Numbered from the stretch's first letter, positions 40,184-50,320 are shown. The stretch is DNA of 64,000 bases from Rhodothermia bacterium (GCA_036985715.1 BTQE01000001.1:3577-67576); one strand, 5' to 3'. Notes: generated by a model not told the origin, from the sequence alone. Translations and numbers: made by a program.

Positions 40184-41523
40184 TGTCTCTCAGGTATCCT
40201 ACATCCAACGTGTTTTATCGACGCCTAACGGTGGAAATGTCGATGGCCGTGCGGGGAGAGGGGATCTATCTCTATGATCAGGACGGGAACGAGTTTATCG
40301 ATGGTTCCGGTGGCGCATTAGTGGTCAACGTCGGGCACGGCGTCGCGGAGATTGCGGATTCGATGGCCAGCCAGGCCTATAAACTCGCCTACGTGAACGG
40401 ACTCCACTTTACGAATGAGCCAGTCGAAGAGCTGGCGAGAGAAGTTGCCGCTTTCTCTCCCGAGGGGCTGAATTATGTTTATTTCCTGAGCAGTGGATCG
40501 GCAGCGACCGAAGCAGCCATCAAAATGGCGAGGCAGTACTGGTGTGAAATAGGTCGTGACCGGAAGTATAGAGTTATCGCGCGGAACCCGGGTTATCATG
40601 GCAATACGCTGGCAGCCCTCTCCGTTTCCGGCCGGCCCTCCTCGAGGGAAAAATTTGAACCCCTTCTGCAAGATTTTTCTTTCATACCGGCACCGATGGC
40701 GTATCGTTGCCCGGTAGATCTTTCGTTTGAAGAATTTGGGGATCAGTGCGCTTCTTGTCTTGAAGCGACCATCGAGAAGGAGGGTCCGGAATCGGTCGCC
40801 GCGTTCATCGCCGAACCTGTAATTGGCGCATCCGCAGGGGGTGTCGTGCCGCCACCCGGCTATTTCGTCAAGATTCGTGATATCTGCGATCGATACGATG
40901 TTCTTTTCATAGCAGACGAAGTGTTAACGGGCATGGGGAGAACGGGGAAATGGCTGGCCATTGAACGAGAAGAAGTGACGCCCGATATCCTGACTCTGGG
41001 AAAAGGGCTGAGTGGGGGCTACGCGCCCCTCAGTGCGCTGGTCGTGCGCGATGAAATAGTCGACGCCATTGCCCAGAGGAGTGGCGCTTTCAGTTTTAAT
41101 CAGACTTTTTCACACACACCCATGGCTGCTGCCGCTGGCCTATCTACGATTCAATATCTAAAAGATCACAAGCTCGTAGCGAGATCCGCGAAAATGGGAG
41201 CGTACTTTCTCGAGCAGCTTCAAACCTTGAGGACGAGCGAAATAGTTGGCGACGTACGGGGAATTGGTCTACTTGCAGGTATAGAGTACGTGGTTAATCG
41301 AGACACAAAAGAACCGTTTCCACCGGAATTACAAATTGCTGAACAGGTCCAAAAAGCGGCTTTTAAAGAACAATTAATAATATGGTCTACAACAAGATAT
41401 CTTCCATCAAGTAATGGAGATCTTTCAGTTCTAGGACCTCCGTTCATCGTCACGAAGGAGCAGGTAGACGAATTGGTAAAGAGGCTCAAGGCTGCGATCG
41501 ATACGATTGAGGAAAACCTGTAA
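40183..41523 (+). CDS. Class-III (omega-type) PLP aminotransferase
   Basis: ...LSSGSAATEAAIKMARQY..., FIADEVLTGMGRTG and ILTLGKGLSGGYAP (PLP lysine). The start is ATG 40183 or GTG 40180, overlapping the upstream stop. Confidence 0.8.
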   Translation: MSLRYPTSNVFYRRLTVEMSMAVRGEGIYLYDQDGNEFIDGSGGALVVNVGHGVAEIADSMASQAYKLAYVNGLHFTNEPVEELAREVAAFSPEGLNYVYFLSSGSAATEAAIKMARQYWCEIGRDRKYRVIARNPGYHGNTLAALSVSGRPSSREKFEPLLQDFSFIPAPMAYRCPVDLSFEEFGDQCASCLEATIEKEGPESVAAFIAEPVIGASAGGVVPPPGYFVKIRDICDRYDVLFIADEVLTGMGRTGKWLAIEREEVTPDILTLGKGLSGGYAPLSALVVRDEIVDAIAQRSGAFSFNQTFSHTPMAAAAGLSTIQYLKDHKLVARSAKMGAYFLEQLQTLRTSEIVGDVRGIGLLAGIEYVVNRDTKEPFPPELQIAEQVQKAAFKEQLIIWSTTRYLPSSNGDLSVLGPPFIVTKEQVDELVKRLKAAIDTIEENL

Positions 41524-41586
41524 TGGACGTTCAAGGCGTTATGCAAAAGACACCCGAAACGTATAGCTTCTTTTTCATTCTTCCAC

Positions 41587-43188
41587 ATGTATGATCAGGT
41601 CGATATGCAAGCTGAACAGACGGACTTCAAATTCACTTATTCGACGATGGGGCAAGGAGATTCCGACGTCTTTCACGGTGACTTTGATGCGGGTGTAGAG
41701 GAAGCCAGGCAAAAGGCAGGAGCAAGGCATCCTAATTTTATTGCTGACGAGGCGCGAGTCGCGAATTCCTATACGGACGATATCTCTCCCACCGATACAA
41801 ACCTGATCCTCGGGCACTTTGCCAACGGTACGGCTTACGATACGCGCGACGCAGTTCAAGCGGCGAAGAGTGCATATCGCCCCTGGTCGGAGGACTGGAA
41901 AGAGCGTGTTCGAATCCTTCGTGCGGCCGCGGACCTGATCAGTGACAGGAAGTATTTTCTTGCTGCTGTCATGTGTCTGGAAGTTGGGAAAAGTCGCCTC
42001 GAAGCTATGGGTGATACCGAAGAGGCTGCTGACCTCATTCGATATTACTGCCAACAGATGGAGGATGCCAACGGCTTTTTAAAGCAGATGGGTAAGCTCT
42101 CTCCTGATGAGCACGTAGTCAGCGTCCTTCGCCCATTCGGAGTATGGGCAGTTATCGCCCCCTTCAATTTTCCCCTGGCTCTTTCGGCCGGTATGTCAGC
42201 CGGAGCGCTCGTTGCAGGTAATACCGTCGTTTACAAACCGTCGTCGGATGCGCCGTGGACCGGCGTACTGCTGTACGATGTGTTCAGGGAAGCGGGACTT
42301 CCTGCTGGAGTATTCAATTATATCAATGGCCCAGGCTCTGTCGTCGGAGAAGAATTGGTTACCAACCCGGATGTTGACGGCATCGTGTTCACGGGTTCCA
42401 AAGAGGTAGGAATGAGCGCGTATCACCGGTTCTCCAGTGAATATCCGAAGCCGTGTGTCACCGAAATGGGAGGGAAAAATCCTACAATCGTGACCGAAAA
42501 CGCCGACGCCGAGCTAGCGGCGGAGGGGGTCATGCGATCGGTCGTTGGGCTTGGTGGCCAGAAATGCAGCGCCTGTTCTCGAGTGTATGTCCATTCGTCA
42601 CTCGAGGGCGATTTTTTGGACCATCTGGTTGAAAAGACTAAAGCTGTTGTAATCGGTGATCCCAGTGAGCGGGGGGTCTACCTGGGACCTCTGGTCAACG
42701 AGAACGCTTATCGGGCCTTTCAGGACGCCGTGGATGTTGCGAGGCGGGACGGTACGATTTTAATCGGAGGGAATACTCTTATCGATCCGCCCTTTGATCG
42801 AGGATATTTTGTGGAGCCGACGGTTGTTACCGGATTGCCAACGGATCACGAACTCTTTTACAAAGAGCTGTTTGTACCCTTCGTTACTATCGGGGTCGTC
42901 GAATCCCTGGAGGAAGCCGTGGACCTGTCCAATCGTTCAGAGTATGGGTTGACCGCAGGCATTTATAGCAGCGATCCCGATGAGGTGGAATGGTTCTTCA
43001 ACCATATCGAATCAGGCGTGTGCTACGCCAATCGTCGCTCAGGAGCGACTACAGGCGCGTGGCCGGGAGTCCAAGCGTTTTGCGGATGGAAGGGAAGTGG
43101 ATCGACAGGAAAAGGGGGTTGTGGTCCCTATTACGTTCAGCAATTCATGCGTGAGCAAAGCAGAACGGTTGTGGAGGCTTCGATCTGA
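41587..43188 (+). CDS. Aldehyde dehydrogenase, RocA/PruA-like (L-glutamate gamma-semialdehyde/P5C dehydrogenase type)
   Basis: FNFPLA..., VTEMGGKNP (catalytic Glu), GGQKCSACSR (catalytic Cys), and a C-terminal ...GWKGSGSTGKGGCGPYY... as in the RocA-type P5CDH I recall. Confidence 0.75.
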   Translation: MYDQVDMQAEQTDFKFTYSTMGQGDSDVFHGDFDAGVEEARQKAGARHPNFIADEARVANSYTDDISPTDTNLILGHFANGTAYDTRDAVQAAKSAYRPWSEDWKERVRILRAAADLISDRKYFLAAVMCLEVGKSRLEAMGDTEEAADLIRYYCQQMEDANGFLKQMGKLSPDEHVVSVLRPFGVWAVIAPFNFPLALSAGMSAGALVAGNTVVYKPSSDAPWTGVLLYDVFREAGLPAGVFNYINGPGSVVGEELVTNPDVDGIVFTGSKEVGMSAYHRFSSEYPKPCVTEMGGKNPTIVTENADAELAAEGVMRSVVGLGGQKCSACSRVYVHSSLEGDFLDHLVEKTKAVVIGDPSERGVYLGPLVNENAYRAFQDAVDVARRDGTILIGGNTLIDPPFDRGYFVEPTVVTGLPTDHELFYKELFVPFVTIGVVESLEEAVDLSNRSEYGLTAGIYSSDPDEVEWFFNHIESGVCYANRRSGATTGAWPGVQAFCGWKGSGSTGKGGCGPYYVQQFMREQSRTVVEASI

Positions 43189-43211
43189 ACTATCCCCAAA
43201 TAATAACGGAA

Positions 43212-44489
43212 TTGCCAGGACCGAAAGCGAGGGCACTGATCGAAACCGACTCGCAGGTAGCCTCACGATCACTCATTAAAGAGTATCCGCTCGCCGTTGA
43301 ACGGGCAGAAGGGATCGTGGTTACGGATCTGGATGGCAATCGATTTATAGATTTCATGTCCGGAATCGCTGTTTCTTTGACCGGACATTGTCATCCCCGA
43401 GTAGTAAGCCGGATCAAGGACCAGGCAGATAAACTGCTACACATCTGCGGGACCGACTTCTATTACCCGGTCTATACGGAGCTATGTCAGAAGCTCGCGA
43501 ACCTGGGACCCGGGTCCGACTCCTGGCGGGTGTACTTGGGCAATTCCGGCGCAGAGGCAGTTGAAGGAGCCATAAAGCTGGCTCGGTACCATACAGGGCG
43601 TCAACAGATCATTTCATTTTATGGGGGATTCCATGGCCGGACGTACGGAGCTCTCAGTCTGACAGCCAGCAAAACCAAACAGCGTGCAGGCTTTGGTCCA
43701 CTGTTACCTGGAGTGACGCACATGCCGTACGGGAATTGCAGGTCCTGCACGTACCATTTGACGTACCCTGAATGCAATGTCCACTGTGTCGATGGTTGGA
43801 GGGATACTATTTTCCAGAGAACTATTTCTCCGGATGAAGTCGCGGCTGTTATTGTCGAACCCATTCAGGGAGAAGGAGGGCATATCATCCCGCCCCCGAA
43901 ATACTTCCCGCAGCTGAGAAAGCTATGTGACGAGTTTGGCATTCTGCTCATTGCCGACGAAATCCAGAGTGGGATGGGCCGGACCGGAAAGTTTTTTGCC
44001 ATTGAGCATTGGGACGTCGTGCCCGACATTATCACGCTGGCAAAGGGACTGGGATCAGGACTTCCCATCAGTGCCGTTCTTGCCCGGGATGAGATCATGT
44101 CCTGGCCGCCGGGTAGTCATGGAAGTACGTTCGGTGGCAATCCGGTTGCCTGCGCGGCTGCTCTGGAAACGATCGATCTTGTGGAAGAGGGACTCATGAC
44201 CAATGCGGTAGAAATCGGCAGTTACCTCATGGAGGGACTATCCGAGTTGCAATCCAGACATCCGTTTATTTCTGATGTTCGAGGAAAAGGACTGATGCTT
44301 GCTATCGAGTTTACACCGGGAGAGATTGCCGCCTTGTTTGAACGTGCTTGCTTCGAAAAAGGACTTCTCGTACTAACCTGCGGGGAGAATTCTGTGCGAT
44401 TTGCTCCACCGATGATTCTCGAAAGAGCCGACGCAGATAAGGCACTCGAACTTGTTGCGATCGTGGTGTCTGAGCTAGTACTCTCCTGA
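43212..44489 (+). CDS. Class-III PLP aminotransferase, GabT/ornithine-aminotransferase-like
   Basis: LPGPKARALIE... N-terminus, GNSGAEAVEGAIKLAR, LIADEIQSGMGRTG, IITLAKGLGSGLP (PLP Lys). TTG start as given by the track; the exact start is uncertain. Confidence 0.75.
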   Translation: MPGPKARALIETDSQVASRSLIKEYPLAVERAEGIVVTDLDGNRFIDFMSGIAVSLTGHCHPRVVSRIKDQADKLLHICGTDFYYPVYTELCQKLANLGPGSDSWRVYLGNSGAEAVEGAIKLARYHTGRQQIISFYGGFHGRTYGALSLTASKTKQRAGFGPLLPGVTHMPYGNCRSCTYHLTYPECNVHCVDGWRDTIFQRTISPDEVAAVIVEPIQGEGGHIIPPPKYFPQLRKLCDEFGILLIADEIQSGMGRTGKFFAIEHWDVVPDIITLAKGLGSGLPISAVLARDEIMSWPPGSHGSTFGGNPVACAAALETIDLVEEGLMTNAVEIGSYLMEGLSELQSRHPFISDVRGKGLMLAIEFTPGEIAALFERACFEKGLLVLTCGENSVRFAPPMILERADADKALELVAIVVSELVLS

Positions 44490-44498
44490 GGAACGCGA

Positions 44499-45410
44499 AT
44501 GAAGAGCAAACTGACAACCATGGCGGACGCGATTTCTCGCTTTGTCGAGGATGGCTCCACGATTCTGATCGATGGATTCACTCACCTCATCTGCTTTGCT
44601 GCTGCGCATGAAATCATCCGTCAGAGAAAGCGCAATCTTACGCTTTGCCGAATGACTCCGGATCTGATCTACGATCAGATGATCGCAGCCGGTTGTGCAT
44701 CAAAGGTCATTTTCAGTTGGGCCGGAAATCCTGGGGCCGGATCATTATTCGGACTCAGACGGGCAATTGAGAAGCAGATCCCGGGTCCGCTCGAAGTCGA
44801 GGAATACTCGCATTTCGGTCTAGCGGCCCGACTGATAGCGGGAGCCGCAAACCTACCGTTTTATCCCGTTCAAAGTTATCTCGGAAGCGATCTTCCGGAA
44901 GTAAATCCCCGGATTCGAACTGTGACCTGTCCGTATACGGAACGTTCGATTGCTACCGTTCCGGCGCTGAATCCTGACATCGCTATCGTTCACGCTCAGC
45001 GAGCTGACTCAGACGGCAATACACAGGTTTGGGGTATTACTGGAATCCAAAAGGAGACCGCGTTCGCCGCAAAGAGCGTGATTGTCGTGGTGGAGGAGTT
45101 GGTGGATTCAAAGGTGATTCGATCCGATCCTAACAGAACCTTGATTCCCGGAATGGTCGTCGATGCTGTCGTGCTGGAACCTCTCGGCTGTCATCCTTCC
45201 TATGTTCAGGGCTATTATGACCGAGACAACGATTTTTATATCGCATGGGGAGATATTTCAAGAGACCAATCGTCTCTTGATCGATATCTGGATGAGTGGA
45301 TATATGGGGTAGGATCCCGTTCGGAGTATGTCGAAAAATTAGGTCCCGATGATGTGAGCCGTCTGAAGGCCGAACTCGTTCTGACGACGCCTGTGAATTA
45401 TGGATATTGA
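44499..45410 (+). CDS. CoA-transferase subunit A (glutaconate/3-oxoacid CoA-transferase family I)
   Basis: KLTTMADAISRFVEDGSTILIDGF... is a typical alpha-subunit N-terminus. It pairs with the adjacent beta subunit. Confidence 0.7.
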   Translation: MKSKLTTMADAISRFVEDGSTILIDGFTHLICFAAAHEIIRQRKRNLTLCRMTPDLIYDQMIAAGCASKVIFSWAGNPGAGSLFGLRRAIEKQIPGPLEVEEYSHFGLAARLIAGAANLPFYPVQSYLGSDLPEVNPRIRTVTCPYTERSIATVPALNPDIAIVHAQRADSDGNTQVWGITGIQKETAFAAKSVIVVVEELVDSKVIRSDPNRTLIPGMVVDAVVLEPLGCHPSYVQGYYDRDNDFYIAWGDISRDQSSLDRYLDEWIYGVGSRSEYVEKLGPDDVSRLKAELVLTTPVNYGY

Positions 45411-45413
45411 TTG

Positions 45414-46178
45414 ATGGCAGCCTCGTATTCGACATCGGAATTGATGGTTGTCCGAGCGGCACGTGAGCTTCTGGATGGTGAAGTCGTTTTTGTCGGCATC
45501 GGGCTTCCGAACCTTGCGTGCAATCTGGCTCGTCACACCCACGCTCCGAACTTGACGCTGATCTATGAATCCGGAGTGGTCGGATCGGAACCTGAACGAC
45601 TTCCGCTGTCGATTGGTGATCCGTGTCTGGTAAAGGGAGCCGCCGCGGTCTGTTCGATCTCTGATGTGTTCCAGCACTACCTGGTGAATGAAAAGATCGA
45701 CGTCGGATTCCTGGGGGCGGCACAGATGGATCGATACGGGAATATCAATACGACGGTAATTGGTAGTTACGAAAATCCTATAGTTCGACTTCCCGGTAGT
45801 GGCGGAGCCTGCGAAATGGCTATTCACGCCAAAAGAGTTGTTGTCATCGCGACGCAAAATTTGAAGACGTTTCCCGAAACCGTGGATTTCATTACCAGTC
45901 CGGGCCAGAACTCGAAAGGGAGATCGAGACTGGAGTGGGGGCTTCCAGGAGGAGGGCCAGCAATGCTCATTACCAACCTGGGTGTGTTCAAATTTGATTC
46001 CGAGTCGGGCGAAGTCATCCTGACCGAAATCCATCCAGGAGTTGAGCGAAGCGATGTTGTTAACACGATCGGCTGGAATCTTCGTGTGGCTGGGGATATA
46101 ACTGAAACCCCCGAGCCGACGGTAGATGAACTCCGAATCATCCGGGAAGAACTGGACCCCGATCATCTCTATATCTGA
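45414..46178 (+). CDS. CoA-transferase subunit B
   Basis: ...LTLIYESGVVG... (catalytic Glu in the ESG motif of family I beta subunits) and ...LPGSGGACEMA... It abuts subunit A. Confidence 0.7.
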   Translation: MAASYSTSELMVVRAARELLDGEVVFVGIGLPNLACNLARHTHAPNLTLIYESGVVGSEPERLPLSIGDPCLVKGAAAVCSISDVFQHYLVNEKIDVGFLGAAQMDRYGNINTTVIGSYENPIVRLPGSGGACEMAIHAKRVVVIATQNLKTFPETVDFITSPGQNSKGRSRLEWGLPGGGPAMLITNLGVFKFDSESGEVILTEIHPGVERSDVVNTIGWNLRVAGDITETPEPTVDELRIIREELDPDHLYI

Positions 46179-46181
46179 TGT

Positions 46182-47435
46182 ATGGTCATGCGTGAGGTTG
46201 TCATCATCGATGCCGTCCGAACCCCCATTGGTCGTTTAGGCGGGGTGCTCTCCAGCGTTCGTCCCGACGACCTGCTGGCCCTTGTGCTTTCTGAGCTCGT
46301 CAAGCGAACCGGGATTGATCCAGCAATCATTGACGACGTGTTTGCAGGTTGTGCCAACCAAGCCGGTGAAGACAATCGTAATGTGGCCCGGATGGGCTTA
46401 CTTCTGGCTGGGTTTCCAGATAGCGTTCCCGGAGTTACGGTAAACCGGTTGTGTGCCTCGGGGCTGGAAGCCGTGAATCAGGCGGCGAAAGCTATTCTCG
46501 TGGGCGAGGGAGATGTTTTCATCGGAGGCGGGGTTGAAAGCATGAGTCGGGCACCGTGGATCCTACCAAAATCTGAAAAAGCGTTTACTGTTGGCCATCC
46601 AGATATATTTGACTCGACGTTGGGTTGGCGGATGATCAATCCAAAGTTGGAGGCGATCAAAGTCACCATGCAGCTCGGTGAAACGGCCGAAATCATTGCT
46701 GAAAAGATGGGAATTACACGCGCGGAGCAGGATGAATTTGCACTGGAAAGTCACCGCCGAGCCGTGAGTGCGATTGCGGGGGGCAGATTTGAGGACGAAA
46801 TCGTTCCGGTTCCGATTTTCGAAAAAAAGACGGGCAATCGGCATGTAGAGATGGACGAACATCCCCGGTACCGTTGCGCTAACGGCAAAGTCATTCTTGA
46901 TACGGACCTCGAGAGACTTTCTGCCCTGAGCCCCGTGTTTCGTCAGCACGGGACCGTAACGGCCGGAAATGCCAGCGGGCTGAATGACGGTGCGGCGGCG
47001 GTGCTATTGATGACGGCCGAGAAGGCCAAACAACTCGGGCTTCGTCCAATGGCTAGATGGATAGGTAGTTCTACAGCAGGTGTAAATCCAAGGGTCATGG
47101 GTTTTGGTCCGGTTCCAGCAACCAAAAAGCTGATGGCGCGGCTCGGCCTCGACATTCGTCAGTTTGGTCTTGTCGAATTGAACGAAGCATTTGCAGCCCA
47201 GGCCATCGGTGTTATGCGAGAACTCGAGTTGGATTCTGAAACCACCAATGTTAATGGCGGGGCTGTGGCGCTTGGTCATCCGTTGGGTTGTTCGGGCGCG
47301 AGAATTCTTACTACGCTATTGCACGCAATGAATCGACGATCACCTACTGAAACTGTCCCTTATTATGGCCTCGCAAGTTTATGCGTTGGTGTGGGGCAAG
47401 GCGTTTCGACGGCCGTGGAATGGATCGGGAACTAG
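46182..47435 (+). CDS. Acetyl-CoA C-acyl/acetyltransferase (thiolase)
   Basis: [11 protein letters not shown] (nucleophilic Cys), [27 protein letters not shown] (His/Cys). Start is 3 nt after the upstream stop. Confidence 0.9.
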   Translation: MVMREVVIIDAVRTPIGRLGGVLSSVRPDDLLALVLSELVKRTGIDPAIIDDVFAGCANQAGEDNRNVARMGLLLAGFPDSVPGVTVNRLCASGLEAVNQAAKAILVGEGDVFIGGGVESMSRAPWILPKSEKAFTVGHPDIFDSTLGWRMINPKLEAIKVTMQLGETAEIIAEKMGITRAEQDEFALESHRRAVSAIAGGRFEDEIVPVPIFEKKTGNRHVEMDEHPRYRCANGKVILDTDLERLSALSPVFRQHGTVTAGNASGLNDGAAAVLLMTAEKAKQLGLRPMARWIGSSTAGVNPRVMGFGPVPATKKLMARLGLDIRQFGLVELNEAFAAQAIGVMRELELDSETTNVNGGAVALGHPLGCSGARILTTLLHAMNRRSPTETVPYYGLASLCVGVGQGVSTAVEWIGN

Positions 47436-47759
47436 TATCGGGCAGGTGCCTACATACTTTGATGAACGATTGTGAGATAACCACGTCAACAACCAGATGC
47501 GTAGGAGGCCTCACGATGAAACACAGTGATAATTGGCACATATAATTCTTTGAATGGTGCGTATTATTGACATAATAATTGATTGCTATCGAGACGGGGA
47601 ACCCCGCCACTGCGCAAATACGGTAAGCGTATCAATAGCCGCGGGACGCAAGAGTTGACGATTTTCAGTCTCAAGCGAGACCATTCCGACCGTGGGCTAA
47701 CTGTTGTGGGGTGACCGATCGATATAGCGATCCCACGTCGGACAGAATAACCATACACC

Positions 47760-48074
47760 ATGGCACTATATACTCATAAGGACGCGTCGCTGAATAATAT
47801 CGATGGAAGAGGATATGTTTTCTTGATCCAGACCTCGATTGAAGATACGTATAAGGGTGTTTTCATCTCCGAACGAGAGAATGCCGAGAGTCTTGAATCT
47901 CTTTTAGGTGATTCAGAAGTAGAGTTTGACGGCATCGCATACCGGAAAACACGAGGAGGAGAACTAAGAAGTCAGGCGAAATCGTTCCTCGTTGATGTGA
48001 AGAACGTAGTTACCGTTTCAGCGGGTATTCGGGCCGATTTCGAGGTGCTCAAAGAAGTGACTAAATCGTCTTAG
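47760..48074 (+). CDS. Hypothetical protein (104 aa)
   Basis: ORF only, in a locally AT-richer 775-bp gap between operons. No recognisable motif. Confidence 0.3.
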   Translation: MALYTHKDASLNNIDGRGYVFLIQTSIEDTYKGVFISERENAESLESLLGDSEVEFDGIAYRKTRGGELRSQAKSFLVDVKNVVTVSAGIRADFEVLKEVTKSS

Positions 48075-48267
48075 ATGGTTCGGTTTTCTCTGCCGTCGAA
48101 GCTCGATTGTATCATGTTTGGCTCGTCGGGCTCGAGGCAACTCATCCAGGATTCGCGAATCCATTCATCGCTTTATCCGAACGAGAATTGGAATGCGATA
48201 ACTGCCCACTTTGAATCTGATATCCTTGGGTGTATTCTCCGCGCACCTTGAACCTACCTCAGGTGCG

Positions 48268-49431
48268 ATGATTAACCAGCCTCTGGCTATTCTCGCAGTT
48301 CTTCTTTTCGCGATCTATATCTCGCTCAAACTCGTCAAGCGTTACGTTTGGGCAGAGCGGATGTCTACGATTCTATGGATCATTTTCATAAGTGCGATTT
48401 TTTCCAACGTTGGACTGATACCGACGGATGCTTCGATCTACGGCTCCATTATCGACTTTACCGTTCCGTTTGCCGTATGTATCATACTCCTTACGGTCAG
48501 CCTGAAAGAAATCCTGAAGGCGGGTCGCGCAATGCTTTCGGCGTTTGTGCTCGCCTCAATTGGAACGGCCCTGGGCGTTGTGATAGCCACACTCTCATTG
48601 GACTCATTTCTATCTGATATCCTGGCGGGTGAGGGGTGGAAGCTTGCCGGACCATATACGGGAACGTTTATCGGCGGAAGTTTGAACTTTTTTGCCCTCT
48701 GGACGGGTCTCGAAATTGGTAATCCTGACTTGCTTGCCGCGGCCAATGCCGTAGACAATCTATCACTCTTTCCTCTTTACGCCCTGTGGATTGCAGTTCC
48801 ATCTGTTCTGGCTGGCAAGTGGGTGGTCTCAAGGACGTGGGCGGTGAATAAGAGCGAGTTTGAGAGTGTGAGCGAGGAGGAAGAAAAGCCCACCCTGGAT
48901 CCAGTACATGTGGCGACACTCTTTTTTATTACTCTTGCTGTCATGGCCGTCAGTAACTGGATCAAGGTAGAATTTGTTGATCAGTTCTTTCCGACTATGC
49001 CGAGCATACTCATTGTTACAACGCTTGCTCTGATTCTTGCCCAATTTGGACCCATCCGACGCCTAAAAGGCGCATGGGAAATCGGGGATCTCGCATTCTT
49101 CCTCTTCTTCGCTGCGGTGGGTGCACTGATCAATTTTTATCAGGCCATTGTCCTGTCGCCGATTCTCTTTCTTTATGTGATGATTATAATGATCGTTCAT
49201 TTCTCGTTTCTGTTCGGCATGGGAATGCTACTCAAAATGGATCTGGGTGTACTGACGATTGCCTCCGTTGCGACGAAAGGTGGACCGGCGGTGGTCTTGC
49301 CTGTCGCAGAGATGAAAGGTTGGCGCCATCTCGTTCTGTCGGGTATTATCATCGCCATGCTCGGATATGCCGTTGGAAATTACGTCGGCTACGCGGTGGC
49401 TCATGGAATGAGAATCTTTCTGGGTGGGTAG
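48268..49431 (+). CDS. DUF819-family integral membrane protein
   Basis: SNVGLIPTD..., ...GTFIGGSLNFFAL... and AANAVDNL resemble B. subtilis YjcL/DUF819 as I remember it. ATG 48268 is preferred over TTG 48211. Confidence 0.55.
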   Translation: MINQPLAILAVLLFAIYISLKLVKRYVWAERMSTILWIIFISAIFSNVGLIPTDASIYGSIIDFTVPFAVCIILLTVSLKEILKAGRAMLSAFVLASIGTALGVVIATLSLDSFLSDILAGEGWKLAGPYTGTFIGGSLNFFALWTGLEIGNPDLLAAANAVDNLSLFPLYALWIAVPSVLAGKWVVSRTWAVNKSEFESVSEEEEKPTLDPVHVATLFFITLAVMAVSNWIKVEFVDQFFPTMPSILIVTTLALILAQFGPIRRLKGAWEIGDLAFFLFFAAVGALINFYQAIVLSPILFLYVMIIMIVHFSFLFGMGMLLKMDLGVLTIASVATKGGPAVVLPVAEMKGWRHLVLSGIIIAMLGYAVGNYVGYAVAHGMRIFLGG

Positions 49432-49597
49432 CAGAAAAACCTTCTCCTGGAATGGGTGTACCGCCTCCCCGAGGGTGTATCTTCTTAGTACGACTCATTC
49501 GTATTGCTCATTTCTTCTCTGGTAGCGGTTGCTCGATCAGCCAGACAGTTCTCTACAAGGGGCAGGTCGGTCCACGTGCCTCGCAAGCCGTCCCATA

Positions 49598-50107
49598 ATG
49601 CGGCCACTTCTTTATTTCGCGTACGGGTCTAATATGTGCGCTTCGCGCTTGCAACAGCGCGTACCCAATGCCCAAGCGGTGTCGGTGGGTAGACTATCGC
49701 GGCATCAACTCGTCTTCCATAAACGTGGTGCGGACGGTTCCGGGAAATGCACAATCTGGAAAGATCAATTGAGCGAACACCAGGTCTTTGGCGTTCTGTA
49801 TCTCATGGATGACGAGGCGAAGACACGCTTGGACCAAGAAGAGGGCCTCGGAACCGGATACGAAAGTAGAATCATCGAGATCATAACTGCAGAAGGGCGA
49901 ATGAAGGCCCATACCTACATTGCGTCCGAATCGAATTATGATTCAGCCCTTGTTCCCTTTCAGTGGTACCTGGATTACGTTCTCACAGGCGCATACGAGC
50001 ATCGTTTGCCTGAGTACTATATCTCGAATATCCGCGATGTGGCGTCCATCAAAGATCCAGACCGCGAGCGGGCATTCAAGCACGGACTAATTCTGCGAGC
50101 AGCCTAA
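49598..50107 (+). CDS. Gamma-glutamylcyclotransferase (AIG2/GGCT-like)
   Basis: MRPLLYFAYGSNM... is the canonical GGCT N-terminal motif. There is a conserved Glu region (EEGLGTGYE). ATG 49598 is preferred over the track start 49529. Confidence 0.7.
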   Translation: MRPLLYFAYGSNMCASRLQQRVPNAQAVSVGRLSRHQLVFHKRGADGSGKCTIWKDQLSEHQVFGVLYLMDDEAKTRLDQEEGLGTGYESRIIEIITAEGRMKAHTYIASESNYDSALVPFQWYLDYVLTGAYEHRLPEYYISNIRDVASIKDPDRERAFKHGLILRAA

Positions 50108-50138
50108 TTATTGGGACTCGAAAGAATCATGTAGCTAC

Positions 50139-50315
50139 CTATTCGTATCTGATCGAATCCACCGGATTTGACAGGGCTGCACGGATCGATAGTATAACTA
50201 CCGTTGTAGCTGCGATTACACCCAAAATCAGGGATGAGATCAGAAAAATCTCGATGCTGATACGCGTTCGATAGGCGACGTTCCTAAGCCACGAGCTCCC
50301 CATATTTTTCAGAGC
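50139..50315 (-). pseudogene. Relic of the C-terminus of an FtsX/MacB-type ABC permease
   Basis: ...NMGSSWLRNVAYRTRISIEIFLISSLILGVIAATTVVILSIRAALSNPVDSIRYE* matches the characteristic last TM and tail (..WLQ.FAYRI.ISWW.F....ALANPVKSLR.E) of Bacteroidota-type FtsX permeases. The roughly 350-750 aa that normally precede it are absent, and the dipeptidase gene starts 6 nt away on the other strand. Confidence 0.6.
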
Positions 50316-50320
50316 ATCTG

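Noticed and set aside
44911-44920. tRNA T-arm-like GGATTCGAAC
   Set aside because: It lies inside the CoA-transferase A coding frame. No acceptor, D or anticodon stems can be drawn around it. I found no tRNA or rRNA in the window.
45130-46166. Long minus-strand ORFs (197 and 275 aa) across the CoA-transferase genes
   Set aside because: They are antisense to two well-supported CDS with clear family motifs. Their translations are Arg/Ser/His-rich with no recognisable domain and no sensible start context. These are typical shadow ORFs.
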